DNA of 41,029 bases, from assembly GCA_018221085.1 (NCBI GenBank), contig JAAOXZ010000010.1, positions 1 to 41,029 of the forward strand, in the 5' to 3' direction. The stretch is from Candidatus Woesearchaeota archaeon. Its GTDB lineage: Archaea; Nanobdellota; Nanobdellia; Woesearchaeales; GW2011-AR9. Numbering within the stretch: position 1 is the first letter of the stretch; each line of letters opens with the position of its first letter. This document shows, piece after piece, positions 15,860 through 25,843 of the stretch. Position numbers and translations under genes: made by a program. A model generated the notes under the pieces. It saw only the letters and a program-made list of their open reading frames with translations. It made no database searches and was not told the DNA's origin.

Positions 15860-17662
15860 ATGAATGAAGTATATTTAAATAATAAATTTGTCGGAAAAGT
15901 GGACGAAGGAGAAGCTTTTGTAGAGAATTTTAAAGATCAAAGAAGAAAAGGTCTAGTATCTAAAAATGTTAATATTTTCTATAATCCTGAAGTAAAAGAA
16001 ATACATATCCATAGTGTAGAAGGAAGAGCACAACGACCTTTAATCGTAGTTAAGGAAGGAAAATCTTTGTTAACAGAAACACACGGCAAACAATTAGAAG
16101 ATGGAGTTTTATCCTGGTCAGATTTAGTAAGACAAGGAGTAATAGAATATTTAGATGCTAGTGAGGAAGAAAATGCCTTAGTAGCTTATGACGAGAAGAA
16201 TTTAACTGAAGATTATACTCATTTAGAAATCAGTCCGATGGTCATCTGCGGTTTAGCAGCTACCTTAGTACCTTTTGGTAATTTTAACCAATCCTCGAGA
16301 TTGATTATTGGAAGTAAAAATCAGAAACAATCAATTGGTTTTTATGCAGCAAATTATCATATGAGAATGGACATGGACACCAATTTGTTACATTATCCTC
16401 AATTCCCCATTGTTAAGACTGGGACACACGACATTTTTAGTTATGAAAAAAACCCAGCTGGGCAAAATGTAGTAGTAGCAATTATGTGTTACGATGGTTA
16501 TAACATGGAAGACGGAGTAGTTTTGAATAAGGCATCTATAGAAAGAGGGATGAGTCGGAGTACTTATTATCGACCAACTGGTTCAGTAGAATTACGATAT
16601 GCTGGAGGACTAACAGACGAAATTAGTGTTCCAGAAAAAGACGTTAAAGGATATCGTAGTGAAAACGATTATCGGTTTTTAGAAGAAGACGGGATTATTT
16701 ATCCTGAAGCAAAAGTAAAAGAAGGCCAAGTAGTGATTGGAAAGACTAGTCCGCCTAGATTTTTGAGTAGTTTAGATGAATATAAATTAGGAGCTGCTAC
16801 CCGAAGAGAAAGTTCCATTGCTTTAAAACACGGAGAAAGTGGTATTGCTGATTTTGTTTTATTAACTGAGGGTGAAGATGGAAATAAATTAGTGCAAGTT
16901 AGATTAAGAGACGAGAGAATCCCCGAAATTGGAGATAAGTTTACTTCTCGGCATGGGCAGAAAGGAGTAGTAGGAATATTAGTTCCACAAGGAGATTTAC
17001 CGTTCTCAGCATCAGGAATAGTGCCAGATTTAATTTTTAGTCCCCACGGTATTCCTTCAAGAATGACCATTTCCCACTTAATTGAATTAGTAGGGGGAAA
17101 AGTAGGTTCCTTAGCAGGAAGATTTGTTGACGGAACTATTTTCGAAGGTGAACCAGAAGACAAATTAAGAAAAGAATTACGTGGATTAGGATTCAGAGAA
17201 GATGGTACGGAAGTATTTTATGATGGAAAAACTGGAAAACAACTAAAAGCTAGGATTTTCGTGGGAAACATGTATTATTTAAGATTAAAACATATGGTCG
17301 CTAACAAAATTCATTCTCGAGCTAGAGGTCCAGTACAATTATTGACTAGACAACCAACTGAAGGAAAAGCCAAAGAAGGAGGACTAAGGTTGGGAGAGAT
17401 GGAGAAGGATACTTTTGTCGCTCATGGAGCTAGTTTATTATTAAAAGAAAGATTTGATTCCGATAAAACAATCTTGCCGATTTGTACTAAGTGTGGATTA
17501 GTGGCAGTAGAAGACCGATATAAGAATCGGAAATATTGTTTGGTGTGCGGCGATGATGTGGAGATGAGTTACATAGAGTTGAGTTATGCATTTAAATTAC
17601 TATTAGATGAATTTAGAAGTTTGGGAATTTACTCTCAGATTAGCTTAAAGAATAAATATTAA
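15860..17662 (+). CDS. rpoB1: DNA-directed RNA polymerase subunit B' (C-terminal half of split Rpo2)
   Basis: The ATG lies 2 nt after the B'' stop. GYNMEDGVVLNKASIERG, GDKFTSRHGQKGVVG, SRMTISHLIE, GEMEKD and the C-terminal Zn ribbon C..C...C..C are present. Confidence 0.95.
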   Translation: MNEVYLNNKFVGKVDEGEAFVENFKDQRRKGLVSKNVNIFYNPEVKEIHIHSVEGRAQRPLIVVKEGKSLLTETHGKQLEDGVLSWSDLVRQGVIEYLDASEEENALVAYDEKNLTEDYTHLEISPMVICGLAATLVPFGNFNQSSRLIIGSKNQKQSIGFYAANYHMRMDMDTNLLHYPQFPIVKTGTHDIFSYEKNPAGQNVVVAIMCYDGYNMEDGVVLNKASIERGMSRSTYYRPTGSVELRYAGGLTDEISVPEKDVKGYRSENDYRFLEEDGIIYPEAKVKEGQVVIGKTSPPRFLSSLDEYKLGAATRRESSIALKHGESGIADFVLLTEGEDGNKLVQVRLRDERIPEIGDKFTSRHGQKGVVGILVPQGDLPFSASGIVPDLIFSPHGIPSRMTISHLIELVGGKVGSLAGRFVDGTIFEGEPEDKLRKELRGLGFREDGTEVFYDGKTGKQLKARIFVGNMYYLRLKHMVANKIHSRARGPVQLLTRQPTEGKAKEGGLRLGEMEKDTFVAHGASLLLKERFDSDKTILPICTKCGLVAVEDRYKNRKYCLVCGDDVEMSYIELSYAFKLLLDEFRSLGIYSQISLKNKY

Positions 17663-17677
17663 GATGGTTAAACTAAA

Positions 17678-20236
17678 ATGGTAGAAGTACATAAAAAAAT
17701 TGACGGGATTGTCTTTAGGATTTTTTCCCCGAAACAGACTGTGGATTCAGCAGCAGTTAAAATAATCACTCCGGAATTGTATGATAAAGAAGGATACCCA
17801 GTAGATGGTGGGTTAATTGATACTAGGTTGGGAGTTATTGATCCCGGATTAAGATGTAAAACTTGCGGCGGGAAATTAAAAGAATGTTCAGGTCATTTTG
17901 GTTATATTGAATTGGCTAGGCCAATAGTCCATATCAAATTTGTTAAACAAATTTTAGATTTATTAAGATCTACTTGTAAATTTTGCAACCGAATCTTGAT
18001 TCCAGAAGAACATATTGGAAAATATGTTAGTATGTTACAGAAAGTGGGAGACGAAGAAGGTTTTGAGGCTAGAAGGAAAAAAATAAAAACCATTGTCAAT
18101 AAATACAAATTAAAAGAAAAATGCCCTCATTGTGATAAAAAGCAAGGAAAAATAAAAATAGAAAAACCTTATTCTTTTTACGAAGATGATGTTAGATTAA
18201 GTCCGATTGAAGTCAGAGTCAGATTAGAAAAAATAGAGGATGACGATTTAGAAATTTTTGGTTTTAATCCCGCTATGTTGAGACCAGAATGGATGATTCT
18301 AACAGTATTAACTATTCCCCCAGTAACTATGAGGCCTAGTATCACTTTGGAAAGTGGAGAAAGAAGTGAAGACGATTTGACCCATAAATTAGGAGACGTA
18401 GTAAGAATTAACCAAAGATTATTTGAAAATATTAATGCTGGAGCACCAGAAGTAATTATTGAAGATTTGTGGGATCTATTACAATACCACGTGACGACTT
18501 ATTTTGATAATGAAATCAGCCAGATTCCTCCGGCCAGACATCGAGGAGGACAAATTCTGAAGACGTTAACTAACCGGATTAAAAGTAAAGAAGGAAGAAT
18601 CAGACACAATTTAGCAGGAAAAAGAACCAATTTCTCTGCGAGAACAGTTATTAGTCCGGATCCGATGTTGAGTGTTAATGAAGTAGGAGTGCCCATGAAA
18701 ATGGCCACTAATTTGACGGTGCCAAAAAGAGTTACTGAATGGAATATTGTTTATTTGAAAAAATTTGTTGAAAATGGTCCTAAAAAATATCCTGGAGCCA
18801 ATTACATTATTCGTCCAGATGGGAAGAGAAAGGCTATTACCGATGAAACTAAAGAAGAAATTTTAGAAGAATTTGATACTGGTTTTGTGGTAGAAAGGCA
18901 TTTAATGGATGGAGACATTGCGTTATTTAACCGACAGCCTTCTTTGCACAGAATGAGTATGATGTGCCATAAAATTAAAGTTTTACCTGGAAAGACCCTG
19001 AGATTAAATCCCTTGGTTTGTGCTCCCTATAACGCGGACTTTGACGGGGATGAAATGAACTTACATATTCCTCAAACAGAAGAAGCTAGAGCAGAAGCAG
19101 AAATTTTAATGTTAGTACAAACTCAAATCATTAGTCCTCGGTATGGATTAAGTATTGTCGGTTGTATCCAAGATGCTATTACCGGTAATTTTTTAATCAC
19201 TGGCGAAGAAAGCATTCCTCGAGAAGAAGCAATTGATTTATTATATTTGGCCGGAGTGGACGATTTTTCAAAATTACCAGATAAGAAAATAATCAGTGGA
19301 CGAGAATTATTCTCGGTGTTATTACCAAAAGATTTCAATTTTACCGGAAAGGACAAAAGCGGAGATGCAGTTAAAATTGTTAATGGTGAATTGAAGAGTG
19401 GCTTAATGGATAAAGCTAATCTAGGGCAAGAAAGCGGTTTAATGTTAAGGAATATTTATGAACAGTATGGTCCAGAGTTTACTGCAGATTTATTGGGAAA
19501 AATATCAAAATTAGGAATTAATACTTTATTGAAAAAAGGTTTCTCCGTAGGAATTGGTGACGTCGATTTAATGGCAGAGACTAAGAAAGAGATTGAAAAC
19601 GTAGTGGTAGTGGCAGAAGAAAAAATAGATGCTTTGATTAAGGAAAGTAAAGAAGGAACTTTAGAATTATTGCCTGGTTTGAATATGCAGGAAACTTTAG
19701 AATTAAGAATTATGGAAGTCCTAAACAATATCAGAAACGAAGCCGGAGATATTGCCATGAAAGAAGCCAAAGAAAGTGGTGTTTTAACCATGGCTAAGAG
19801 CGGAGCTCGAGGAAATATTCTGAATATTTCTCAAATGACGGCAGTAGTAGGACAGCAATCTTTAAGAGGAAAAAGAATTGAGAAAGGATTTAAGGGCAGA
19901 ACTTTATCTTATTTCAAGAGAGGCGATTTGAGCAGTGGAGCTCGAGGATTTATTAAAAATAATTTCAAATCCGGTTTATTACCTCATGAGTTTTTCTTTG
20001 GTGCTATGCTAGGAAGAGACAGTTTAATGGATACTGCCTTAAGAACGCCGAAATCCGGTTATTTATATCGGAGATTAAGCAATGCCATGCAAGATTTGAA
20101 AGTAGAATACGATTCTACAGTTAGAGAAGCTAATAAGAAAATCGTCCAATTTAGTTTTGGTGAGGATGGTTTAGATGTTAGCAAAACTGAAGGCGGAGTC
20201 ATTAATGTTAAAAAGATAATCGAGAAGGTGAAATAA
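17678..20236 (+). CDS. rpoA1: DNA-directed RNA polymerase subunit A' (Rpo1N)
   Basis: The Zn motif CKTCGGKLKECSGHFG and the catalytic NADFDGDEMNLH are present. The 852-aa length is normal with no intein-sized insertion. Confidence 0.96.
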   Translation: MVEVHKKIDGIVFRIFSPKQTVDSAAVKIITPELYDKEGYPVDGGLIDTRLGVIDPGLRCKTCGGKLKECSGHFGYIELARPIVHIKFVKQILDLLRSTCKFCNRILIPEEHIGKYVSMLQKVGDEEGFEARRKKIKTIVNKYKLKEKCPHCDKKQGKIKIEKPYSFYEDDVRLSPIEVRVRLEKIEDDDLEIFGFNPAMLRPEWMILTVLTIPPVTMRPSITLESGERSEDDLTHKLGDVVRINQRLFENINAGAPEVIIEDLWDLLQYHVTTYFDNEISQIPPARHRGGQILKTLTNRIKSKEGRIRHNLAGKRTNFSARTVISPDPMLSVNEVGVPMKMATNLTVPKRVTEWNIVYLKKFVENGPKKYPGANYIIRPDGKRKAITDETKEEILEEFDTGFVVERHLMDGDIALFNRQPSLHRMSMMCHKIKVLPGKTLRLNPLVCAPYNADFDGDEMNLHIPQTEEARAEAEILMLVQTQIISPRYGLSIVGCIQDAITGNFLITGEESIPREEAIDLLYLAGVDDFSKLPDKKIISGRELFSVLLPKDFNFTGKDKSGDAVKIVNGELKSGLMDKANLGQESGLMLRNIYEQYGPEFTADLLGKISKLGINTLLKKGFSVGIGDVDLMAETKKEIENVVVVAEEKIDALIKESKEGTLELLPGLNMQETLELRIMEVLNNIRNEAGDIAMKEAKESGVLTMAKSGARGNILNISQMTAVVGQQSLRGKRIEKGFKGRTLSYFKRGDLSSGARGFIKNNFKSGLLPHEFFFGAMLGRDSLMDTALRTPKSGYLYRRLSNAMQDLKVEYDSTVREANKKIVQFSFGEDGLDVSKTEGGVINVKKIIEKVK

Positions 20237-20239
20237 ATA

Positions 20240-21382
20240 ATGAAAAAAGAACATGACGAGTTAATTAACGGTTACCAGGACAAATTATCTCCCAAAGTAT
20301 TAGATGAAATCCGAGACAATGTACCTGCTGACGTAACTAAAGAAAGATTAACTAGGATCATGGAAGCAGTTTATGCTGTTTATTCTCAAGCTAAGATTTG
20401 TCCAGGAGAATGTGTCGGTTTAGTTTCTGCGGAAAGTATTGGTGAACCAGGTACTCAGATGGTTTTAAGAACATTTCACTTTGCGGGAGTCGCAGAGATG
20501 AACGTGACCATGGGACTGCCTCGATTAATTGAAATTTTTGATGGTCGAAAATTGATTAGCACTCCGACGATGGAAATATATTTCAAAAAACAATATGGAA
20601 AACCGGAACAAGTTCGGAAATTTGCCGTAGAAATAAAAGAAACTGTGATGCACGAAGTCATTTCTGATAGTACTCTCGATTTACTAGAACAAACTATTAA
20701 AATCAAAGTGAACGAAGTTTTGATAAAAGATTTAGATTTAAGCGTAGCGGATGTGGCTAAATTAATTAAAAGTAAGATCAAACATTTTTCTGTTAACATT
20801 GAAGGTAATGAAATTGAGTTAGCTTATACTGGTAAAACCGAAGAGATGAAAGAAATTCATAGTGTTAAAGAAAAAATAAAAGAAATCAAAGTGCGAGGAC
20901 TTAAAAGAATAAAACAAGTTTTACCAGTTAAACGAGGAGAAGAATATATTATCTTAACTTCGGGTAGTAATTTAAAAGATGTCTTAGTCTTAGAAGGCGT
21001 AGATGTTACCAGAACCACATCTAATGATATTCATGAGATTCGTAATACCTTGGGCATAGAAGCAGCTAGACGAGCAATCATTGACGAGGCTTGTAAGGTT
21101 ATTGGAGCACAAGGATTAAATATTGATTTAAGACATATTATGTTGGTAGCAGATACGATGTGTATGTCTGGGGCAGTTAAGGGAATCACTAGATATGGAA
21201 TTGTTAGTGAAAAAGCCTCGGTTTTAGCTAGAGCTTCTTTTGAAACTCCTCTAAGACATTTAATTAATGCCGCTTTAATCGGTGAAAAAGATAAATTAAG
21301 CTCAGTAGTAGAAAATGTAATGGTTAACCAACCAGTACCCTTGGGAACCGGGTTGCCAGGATTGGTTACTAAAATGAAATAA
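20240..21382 (+). CDS. rpoA2: DNA-directed RNA polymerase subunit A'' (Rpo1C)
   Basis: GECVGLVSAESIGEPGTQMVLRTFHFAGV is the trigger-loop region. The gene starts 3 nt after the rpoA1 stop. Confidence 0.95.
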   Translation: MKKEHDELINGYQDKLSPKVLDEIRDNVPADVTKERLTRIMEAVYAVYSQAKICPGECVGLVSAESIGEPGTQMVLRTFHFAGVAEMNVTMGLPRLIEIFDGRKLISTPTMEIYFKKQYGKPEQVRKFAVEIKETVMHEVISDSTLDLLEQTIKIKVNEVLIKDLDLSVADVAKLIKSKIKHFSVNIEGNEIELAYTGKTEEMKEIHSVKEKIKEIKVRGLKRIKQVLPVKRGEEYIILTSGSNLKDVLVLEGVDVTRTTSNDIHEIRNTLGIEAARRAIIDEACKVIGAQGLNIDLRHIMLVADTMCMSGAVKGITRYGIVSEKASVLARASFETPLRHLINAALIGEKDKLSSVVENVMVNQPVPLGTGLPGLVTKMK

Positions 21383-21414
21383 TTTTTAAATAATACTTGG
21401 TTTTAACATAAAAC

Positions 21415-21699
21415 ATGGCAAAGAAAAAAGAAATAAGTAAGGAAATAACGGACTTGAAGAAGGAGTTAGTAGATGATAAGGTGCTGGTTGGTAAGGATGT
21501 GGTTTTAAAGAATTTGAAAAATGAGAAATTGAGTAAGATCTATTTAGCTAGTAATTGTCCAGAAAAAACTATAGCAGATATCAAGTATTACAGTGATTTA
21601 GCTAAAGTACCAATAGTGGCATTAAAACTAAACAATGAAGAGTTGGGTGTTTTTTGTAAGAAACATTTCTTTATTTCTGTATTAGGGATTAAAAAGTAG
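21415..21699 (+). CDS. rpl30e: Ribosomal protein eL30 (L30e)
   Basis: The 94-aa protein has VLVGKDVVLKNLKNEKLSKIYLASNCP...IKYYSDLAKVPIV. It occupies the canonical position after rpoA''. Confidence 0.88.
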   Translation: MAKKKEISKEITDLKKELVDDKVLVGKDVVLKNLKNEKLSKIYLASNCPEKTIADIKYYSDLAKVPIVALKLNNEELGVFCKKHFFISVLGIKK

Positions 21700-21700
21700 A

Positions 21701-22114
21701 ATGGCGAGAGTAGTTTATGATCAAGAGATGATGGGAATAATCAGTTTATTAGGTAGGTTAACCCGCGCCAGAATCAAAGATTGTTTTAAGGAAGAAGATA
21801 CTATTTATTGTATTGTAGAAAAAGGTGAAATCGGCAAGGCTATTGGTAAGGGCGGAGTTAATATTAAGCGAATTGGACAGATAGTTAAGAAAAAAGTTCG
21901 CATGATTGAGTTCGGAGATACGCCAGCTGAGTTTGTTAAAAATTTAATTTTTCCGACTAGAGTGGAAGAAATTCGAGAGGAAGATGGAGTAGTAGAGATT
22001 GTCGGCGGAGATAAGAGAACCAAGGGTTTGTTGATTGGTCGAGGTGGAGAAAATCTTACTTTTTTGAATAAGGTAGTAAAAAGATTTTTTGAAGTAGAAG
22101 TGAAGGTTGTTTAA
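21701..22114 (+). CDS. nusA: Archaeal NusA-like transcription elongation/termination factor (two KH domains)
   Basis: Two KH GxxG loops are present (GKAIGKGGVNIKRI and LIGRGGENL). The gene starts 1 nt after the rpl30e stop. Confidence 0.9.
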   Translation: MARVVYDQEMMGIISLLGRLTRARIKDCFKEEDTIYCIVEKGEIGKAIGKGGVNIKRIGQIVKKKVRMIEFGDTPAEFVKNLIFPTRVEEIREEDGVVEIVGGDKRTKGLLIGRGGENLTFLNKVVKRFFEVEVKVV

Positions 22115-22120
22115 GAAATC

Positions 22121-22128
22121 TTTATAAA
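22121..22128 (+). promoter_or_regulatory. TATA box upstream of rps12
   Basis: GAAATCTTTATAAAGA lies 40 nt upstream of the ATG at 22161. Confidence 0.4.
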
Positions 22129-22160
22129 GAGGTTATTGTTTTGAGTACAAATAGTTAAAA

Positions 22161-22580
22161 ATGGGAAATAAATCAAAAGGATTAGGATCAGCAAAGAAAC
22201 TGAAGGCTAGAAGAAAACAGTTTAAGCTAAAGAATAGAGTAGCTTTAAAGAAGAAATTTGATCCCTTAGGTGGTATTTCTCAAGCTAAAGCCATTGTTTT
22301 AGAGAAAAGACAATTAGTAGCTAAACAACCGAACTCCGCTTTACGTAAATGTGCCCGTGTTCAGCTAATCAAGAATGGTAAGCAAGTAACTGCTTTTATG
22401 CCTGGTGATGGAGCACAAAAGATGATTGATGAGCACGACGAAGTATTAATTGAATGTATTGGTGGAAAAATGGGTCGGGCCAAAGGAGATATTCCTGGGG
22501 TGCGGTGGCAAGTAATTAAAGTAAATGATCAAAGTTTACACGCTTTATTACACGGTAAGATTGAGAAAGCTAGAAGATAA
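22161..22580 (+). CDS. rps12: Ribosomal protein uS12
   Basis: [30 protein letters not shown] and [10 protein letters not shown] are S12 signatures. Confidence 0.95.
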   Translation: MGNKSKGLGSAKKLKARRKQFKLKNRVALKKKFDPLGGISQAKAIVLEKRQLVAKQPNSALRKCARVQLIKNGKQVTAFMPGDGAQKMIDEHDEVLIECIGGKMGRAKGDIPGVRWQVIKVNDQSLHALLHGKIEKARR

Positions 22581-22581
22581 G

Positions 22582-22603
22582 TTTTGCTTTTTATTAATTT
22601 TTT
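22582..22603 (+). terminator. T-rich tract after rps12
   Basis: TTTTGCTTTTTATTAATTTTTT starts 2 nt after the TAA at 22578-22580. Confidence 0.4.
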
Positions 22604-22624
22604 GACAGATTTTTACAACGTAAG

Positions 22625-22633
22625 TTTTATATA
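22625..22633 (+). promoter_or_regulatory. TATA box for the prkA module
   Basis: TTTTATATA lies about 50 nt upstream of the ATG at 22676. An AGGTGA RBS sits at 22665-22670. Confidence 0.45.
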
Positions 22634-22675
22634 CGCCCATTTATTTATTTACTTAAATAAAAATAGGTGATACTT

Positions 22676-24736
22676 ATGTCAGACGAAACTTTAGAAGATA
22701 AAACGGGCGTTCTTTCTTTAATGGATACTACAGAAGATTTAGCAGAGTATAAAAAATTACAGTGGGAGGGTTCTTTTAACGATTATTTGCAAATGGTGCA
22801 GGAAAATCCGGCCATTACCCGGAATGCTTTCCAGAGACTTTATGATATGGTACTGTCGTATGGAGTCCGTGAATATGACGACGCGAAAAAGGAAATAATC
22901 CATTACAATTTTTTTGACGATCCTACAACTGGAGGGAAAGAAGCAATTTATGGTTTAGATATTCCTTTGATGAAGATGATGAATGTCTTTAAAGCGGCAG
23001 CTAAAGGATATGGTCCAGAAAAAAGAATATTGTTGTTACATGGTCCGGTAGGGAGTTCAAAAAGTACTATTGTGCGATTGCTTAAAAGAGGAACAGAAAG
23101 GTATTCACGTACTGAAGAAGGAGCACTGTATACTTTTGAATGGACGGGGTTAAAAGAAGCAGGAATCGATGATGACGATGTTATGCCTTGCCCGATGCAT
23201 GAAGATCCACTTAATTTGGTTCCAGAAAAGAGACGGAAAGAAGTAGCGGAGAAATTGAGTAAGGAAGAGTTTACAATAGATATAGATCAGTTTCTGTGCC
23301 CATATTGTAATCTTATTTATGAAGAATTAGCTAAAAAATATGATGGGAATCAACCTGAGATATTAAAACATGTACGAGTGAAACGATTTACCATATTAGA
23401 AAGAAGCAGAAGAGGGATCGGTACGTTTCAACCCAAAGACGAAAAGAATCAAGATTCGACAGAGTTAACTGGAGATATTAATTATCGGAAAATTGCAGAG
23501 TATGGCGATGAGTTTGATCCGAGGGCATTTAATTTTAAGGGAGAATTTGAGATTGCTAATCGGGGATTGATGGAATTCATAGAAGTTTTGAAGTTGGATG
23601 TGGCTTTTCTTTACGATTTACTGGGAGCCACTCAAGATCACGATATCAAACCTAAAGGTTTTGCTCAGACAAGTATTGATGAAGCGATTATTGGACACAC
23701 TAATGAGGCAGAATTTAAGAAATTACAAAGCAATGAATTCATGGAAGCATTACAAGATAGAACCATTAAAATTGATATACCTTATATTACAAAAACAGAA
23801 GAAGAAGTTAAGATTTATGAAAGAGCATATCGATCACAACCGGGGATGCACATTGCACCACATGCCAGAGAAATGGCGGCCTTGTGGGTGGTATTGACTC
23901 GATTATGGGAGCCCAAAAAACTAGAACTGACGGTATTGCAAAAAGCTAAACTTTATGACGGCAAACATATTCATGGTTTTAATGAAGACCATATTAAAGA
24001 GTTACGTAAGGAAGCACCACGAGAAGGTTTGGAAGGTATTTCTCCTAGATATATTCAAGACATAATTTCTAATTCCATGGTGACTGAGAAAGCTTCGGAA
24101 TGTTTAGCACCGTTTTTATTACTTAATGAATTAGAAGCCGGATTGAAAAATCATTCCTCAATCAAAACTGAGCGGGAACGGAAAAGATATGGGGAATTGA
24201 TTGCCATAGTTAAACAAGAATTTGAAGATACGGTCAAAGGTGAAGTACAGAGAGCAATTAGTGCGGACCAAGAAGCATTGGCTAAAGTTTGTGCTAATTA
24301 CATTGATCAGATTAAAGCATATACTCAAAAAGAAAAAGTAAAAAATAAATATACTGGGGAGAATGAAGCACCAGATGAAAGATTAATGCGTTCCATAGAA
24401 GAAAAAATAGATATTCCAGAAGTTAGAAAAGATGTTTTTAGAACAGAATTAATGACTCATATTGGGGGATTAGCACATGAAGGACAATCTTTTGATTATC
24501 AAACAGATGAGAGGTTACGTAAAGCGATAGAGTTAAAATTGTTTGAGGACCAGAAAGATTCCATTAAGTTAACTTCGTTGGTTTCTGCTGTAATAGATAA
24601 AGAAACACAAGAGAAAATTGATGTGGTTAAACAAAGATTAATTGATAAGATGGGTTACTGTGAAATTTGTGCTACGGATGTGCTGAATTTTGTGGCTAGT
24701 ATTTTTGCTCGTGGTGACGCTAGTGAAGAATCATAA
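22676..24736 (+). CDS. prkA: PrkA-family AAA+ / serine protein kinase (YeaG-like)
   Basis: The Walker A motif [13 protein letters not shown], the N-terminal ...AFQRLYDM... region and the about 686-aa length are typical of PrkA. The ATG at 22676 lies 5 nt after AGGTGA. Confidence 0.88.
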   Translation: MSDETLEDKTGVLSLMDTTEDLAEYKKLQWEGSFNDYLQMVQENPAITRNAFQRLYDMVLSYGVREYDDAKKEIIHYNFFDDPTTGGKEAIYGLDIPLMKMMNVFKAAAKGYGPEKRILLLHGPVGSSKSTIVRLLKRGTERYSRTEEGALYTFEWTGLKEAGIDDDDVMPCPMHEDPLNLVPEKRRKEVAEKLSKEEFTIDIDQFLCPYCNLIYEELAKKYDGNQPEILKHVRVKRFTILERSRRGIGTFQPKDEKNQDSTELTGDINYRKIAEYGDEFDPRAFNFKGEFEIANRGLMEFIEVLKLDVAFLYDLLGATQDHDIKPKGFAQTSIDEAIIGHTNEAEFKKLQSNEFMEALQDRTIKIDIPYITKTEEEVKIYERAYRSQPGMHIAPHAREMAALWVVLTRLWEPKKLELTVLQKAKLYDGKHIHGFNEDHIKELRKEAPREGLEGISPRYIQDIISNSMVTEKASECLAPFLLLNELEAGLKNHSSIKTERERKRYGELIAIVKQEFEDTVKGEVQRAISADQEALAKVCANYIDQIKAYTQKEKVKNKYTGENEAPDERLMRSIEEKIDIPEVRKDVFRTELMTHIGGLAHEGQSFDYQTDERLRKAIELKLFEDQKDSIKLTSLVSAVIDKETQEKIDVVKQRLIDKMGYCEICATDVLNFVASIFARGDASEES

Positions 24737-24738
24737 AA

Positions 24739-25839
24739 ATGTCCGATAAGATAGTCAATGATGTTGAGCGGTTTAAAAGAATAGTAGAAGGTCGATTGAG
24801 GAAAGATTTGAAGAAACATATTTCTCGTGGAGTGTTAGAAGGGATGCGAGGTAAGACCAAAATAACGGTTCCAGTATCTGATTTAGATTTACCTCATTTT
24901 AAATATGGTTCCGGACATGGTGGCGTAGCTAGCGGTGATGTTGAAGAAGGACAAGTAATCGGAGAAGAAAAAGGAGATGAAGATGGTAAGGGTGAAGCTA
25001 GCGATAAACCAGGAGAACATAGTATTGAAGTGGAAGTTTCTTTAGATACTTTTATTGATTTAGTATTAGAAGAGTTAGAACTGCCACGAATTGAGGATAA
25101 AGGCAAGAAAAATATTGTGGAAGAAACTCATCGCTATACTGGAATAGCCACGGCAGGTCCGGAATCTTTACGCCATAACAAAAGAACTTTCAAGCGGGCA
25201 CTAAAAAGACAAATTTCTATGGGCAACTATGATCCCAAAAAACCAATTATCATTCCGGTAAAAGAAGATAAAAGATATCGAGCTAGAAAAACTTTTATTG
25301 AACCGGTAGCCAACGCCGTAGTTATTTACATGATGGATGTTTCCGGTTCGATGGGTGATGAACAAAAAGAAATTGTCCGGACCGAAGCTTTTTTGATTGA
25401 TGCGTGGTTGAAGAGGAATTATAATGGGATTGATGCGAGATACATCACTCATGATGCTGAAGCTAGAGAAGTAGATGCAGATACTTTTTTCTTTACTAGG
25501 GAAAGCGGAGGAACTATGATTTCGTCGGCATATGCACTCTGTGCTGATATGATTCAAAGAGATTATCCAGTAGCGGATTGGAACATTTATCCCTTTCATT
25601 TTTCAGATGGCGATAATTGGGGGCCAGATGATACCAACCGCAGTATAAATATTTTAAATTTTGAAATATTGCCAGCAGTGAACATGTTTGGTTATGGTCA
25701 AGTAGTTTCTGATTATGGCTCTGGGCAATTTATTAAGGATTTAAGGGAGAAGGCAGAAGACGAAAAGTTAGTACTATCAGAGATACTGAACAAAGACGGA
25801 ATTTTAGGTTCCATACAAGATTTTTTTAAAAGAGAATAA
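24739..25839 (+). CDS. DUF444 / YeaH-YhbH family protein (vWA-like)
   Basis: VIYMMDVSGSMG is a MIDAS-type DxSxS motif. The gene starts 2 nt after the prkA stop, the canonical partner position. Confidence 0.82.
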   Translation: MSDKIVNDVERFKRIVEGRLRKDLKKHISRGVLEGMRGKTKITVPVSDLDLPHFKYGSGHGGVASGDVEEGQVIGEEKGDEDGKGEASDKPGEHSIEVEVSLDTFIDLVLEELELPRIEDKGKKNIVEETHRYTGIATAGPESLRHNKRTFKRALKRQISMGNYDPKKPIIIPVKEDKRYRARKTFIEPVANAVVIYMMDVSGSMGDEQKEIVRTEAFLIDAWLKRNYNGIDARYITHDAEAREVDADTFFFTRESGGTMISSAYALCADMIQRDYPVADWNIYPFHFSDGDNWGPDDTNRSINILNFEILPAVNMFGYGQVVSDYGSGQFIKDLREKAEDEKLVLSEILNKDGILGSIQDFFKRE

Positions 25840-25843
25840 TAAG

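Noticed and set aside
17678-21382. Inteins or introns in the RNAP large subunits
   Set aside because: Subunit lengths (852 and 380 aa) and the contiguous conserved motifs leave no room for an intein-sized insertion.
22609-22622. AGATTTTTACAACG at the left border of the prkA insertion as a direct repeat (att-like) of AGATTTATACAAG in the 69-nt repeat
   Set aside because: The match is about 11 of 12 nt in low-complexity AT-rich sequence, and no integrase or transposase is present. This is insufficient to call target-site duplication.
10408-25599. Numerous 60-150-aa antisense or off-frame ORFs inside the AMP phosphorylase, PHP, rpoB, rpoA, nusA, prkA, DUF444, S7, ABC and permease genes (for example 10408..10731, 16699..17163, 19456..19791, 25201..25599)
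   Set aside because: Each is fully nested in a strongly supported conserved CDS. Their Ser/Pro/Leu-rich composition is typical of shadow ORFs.
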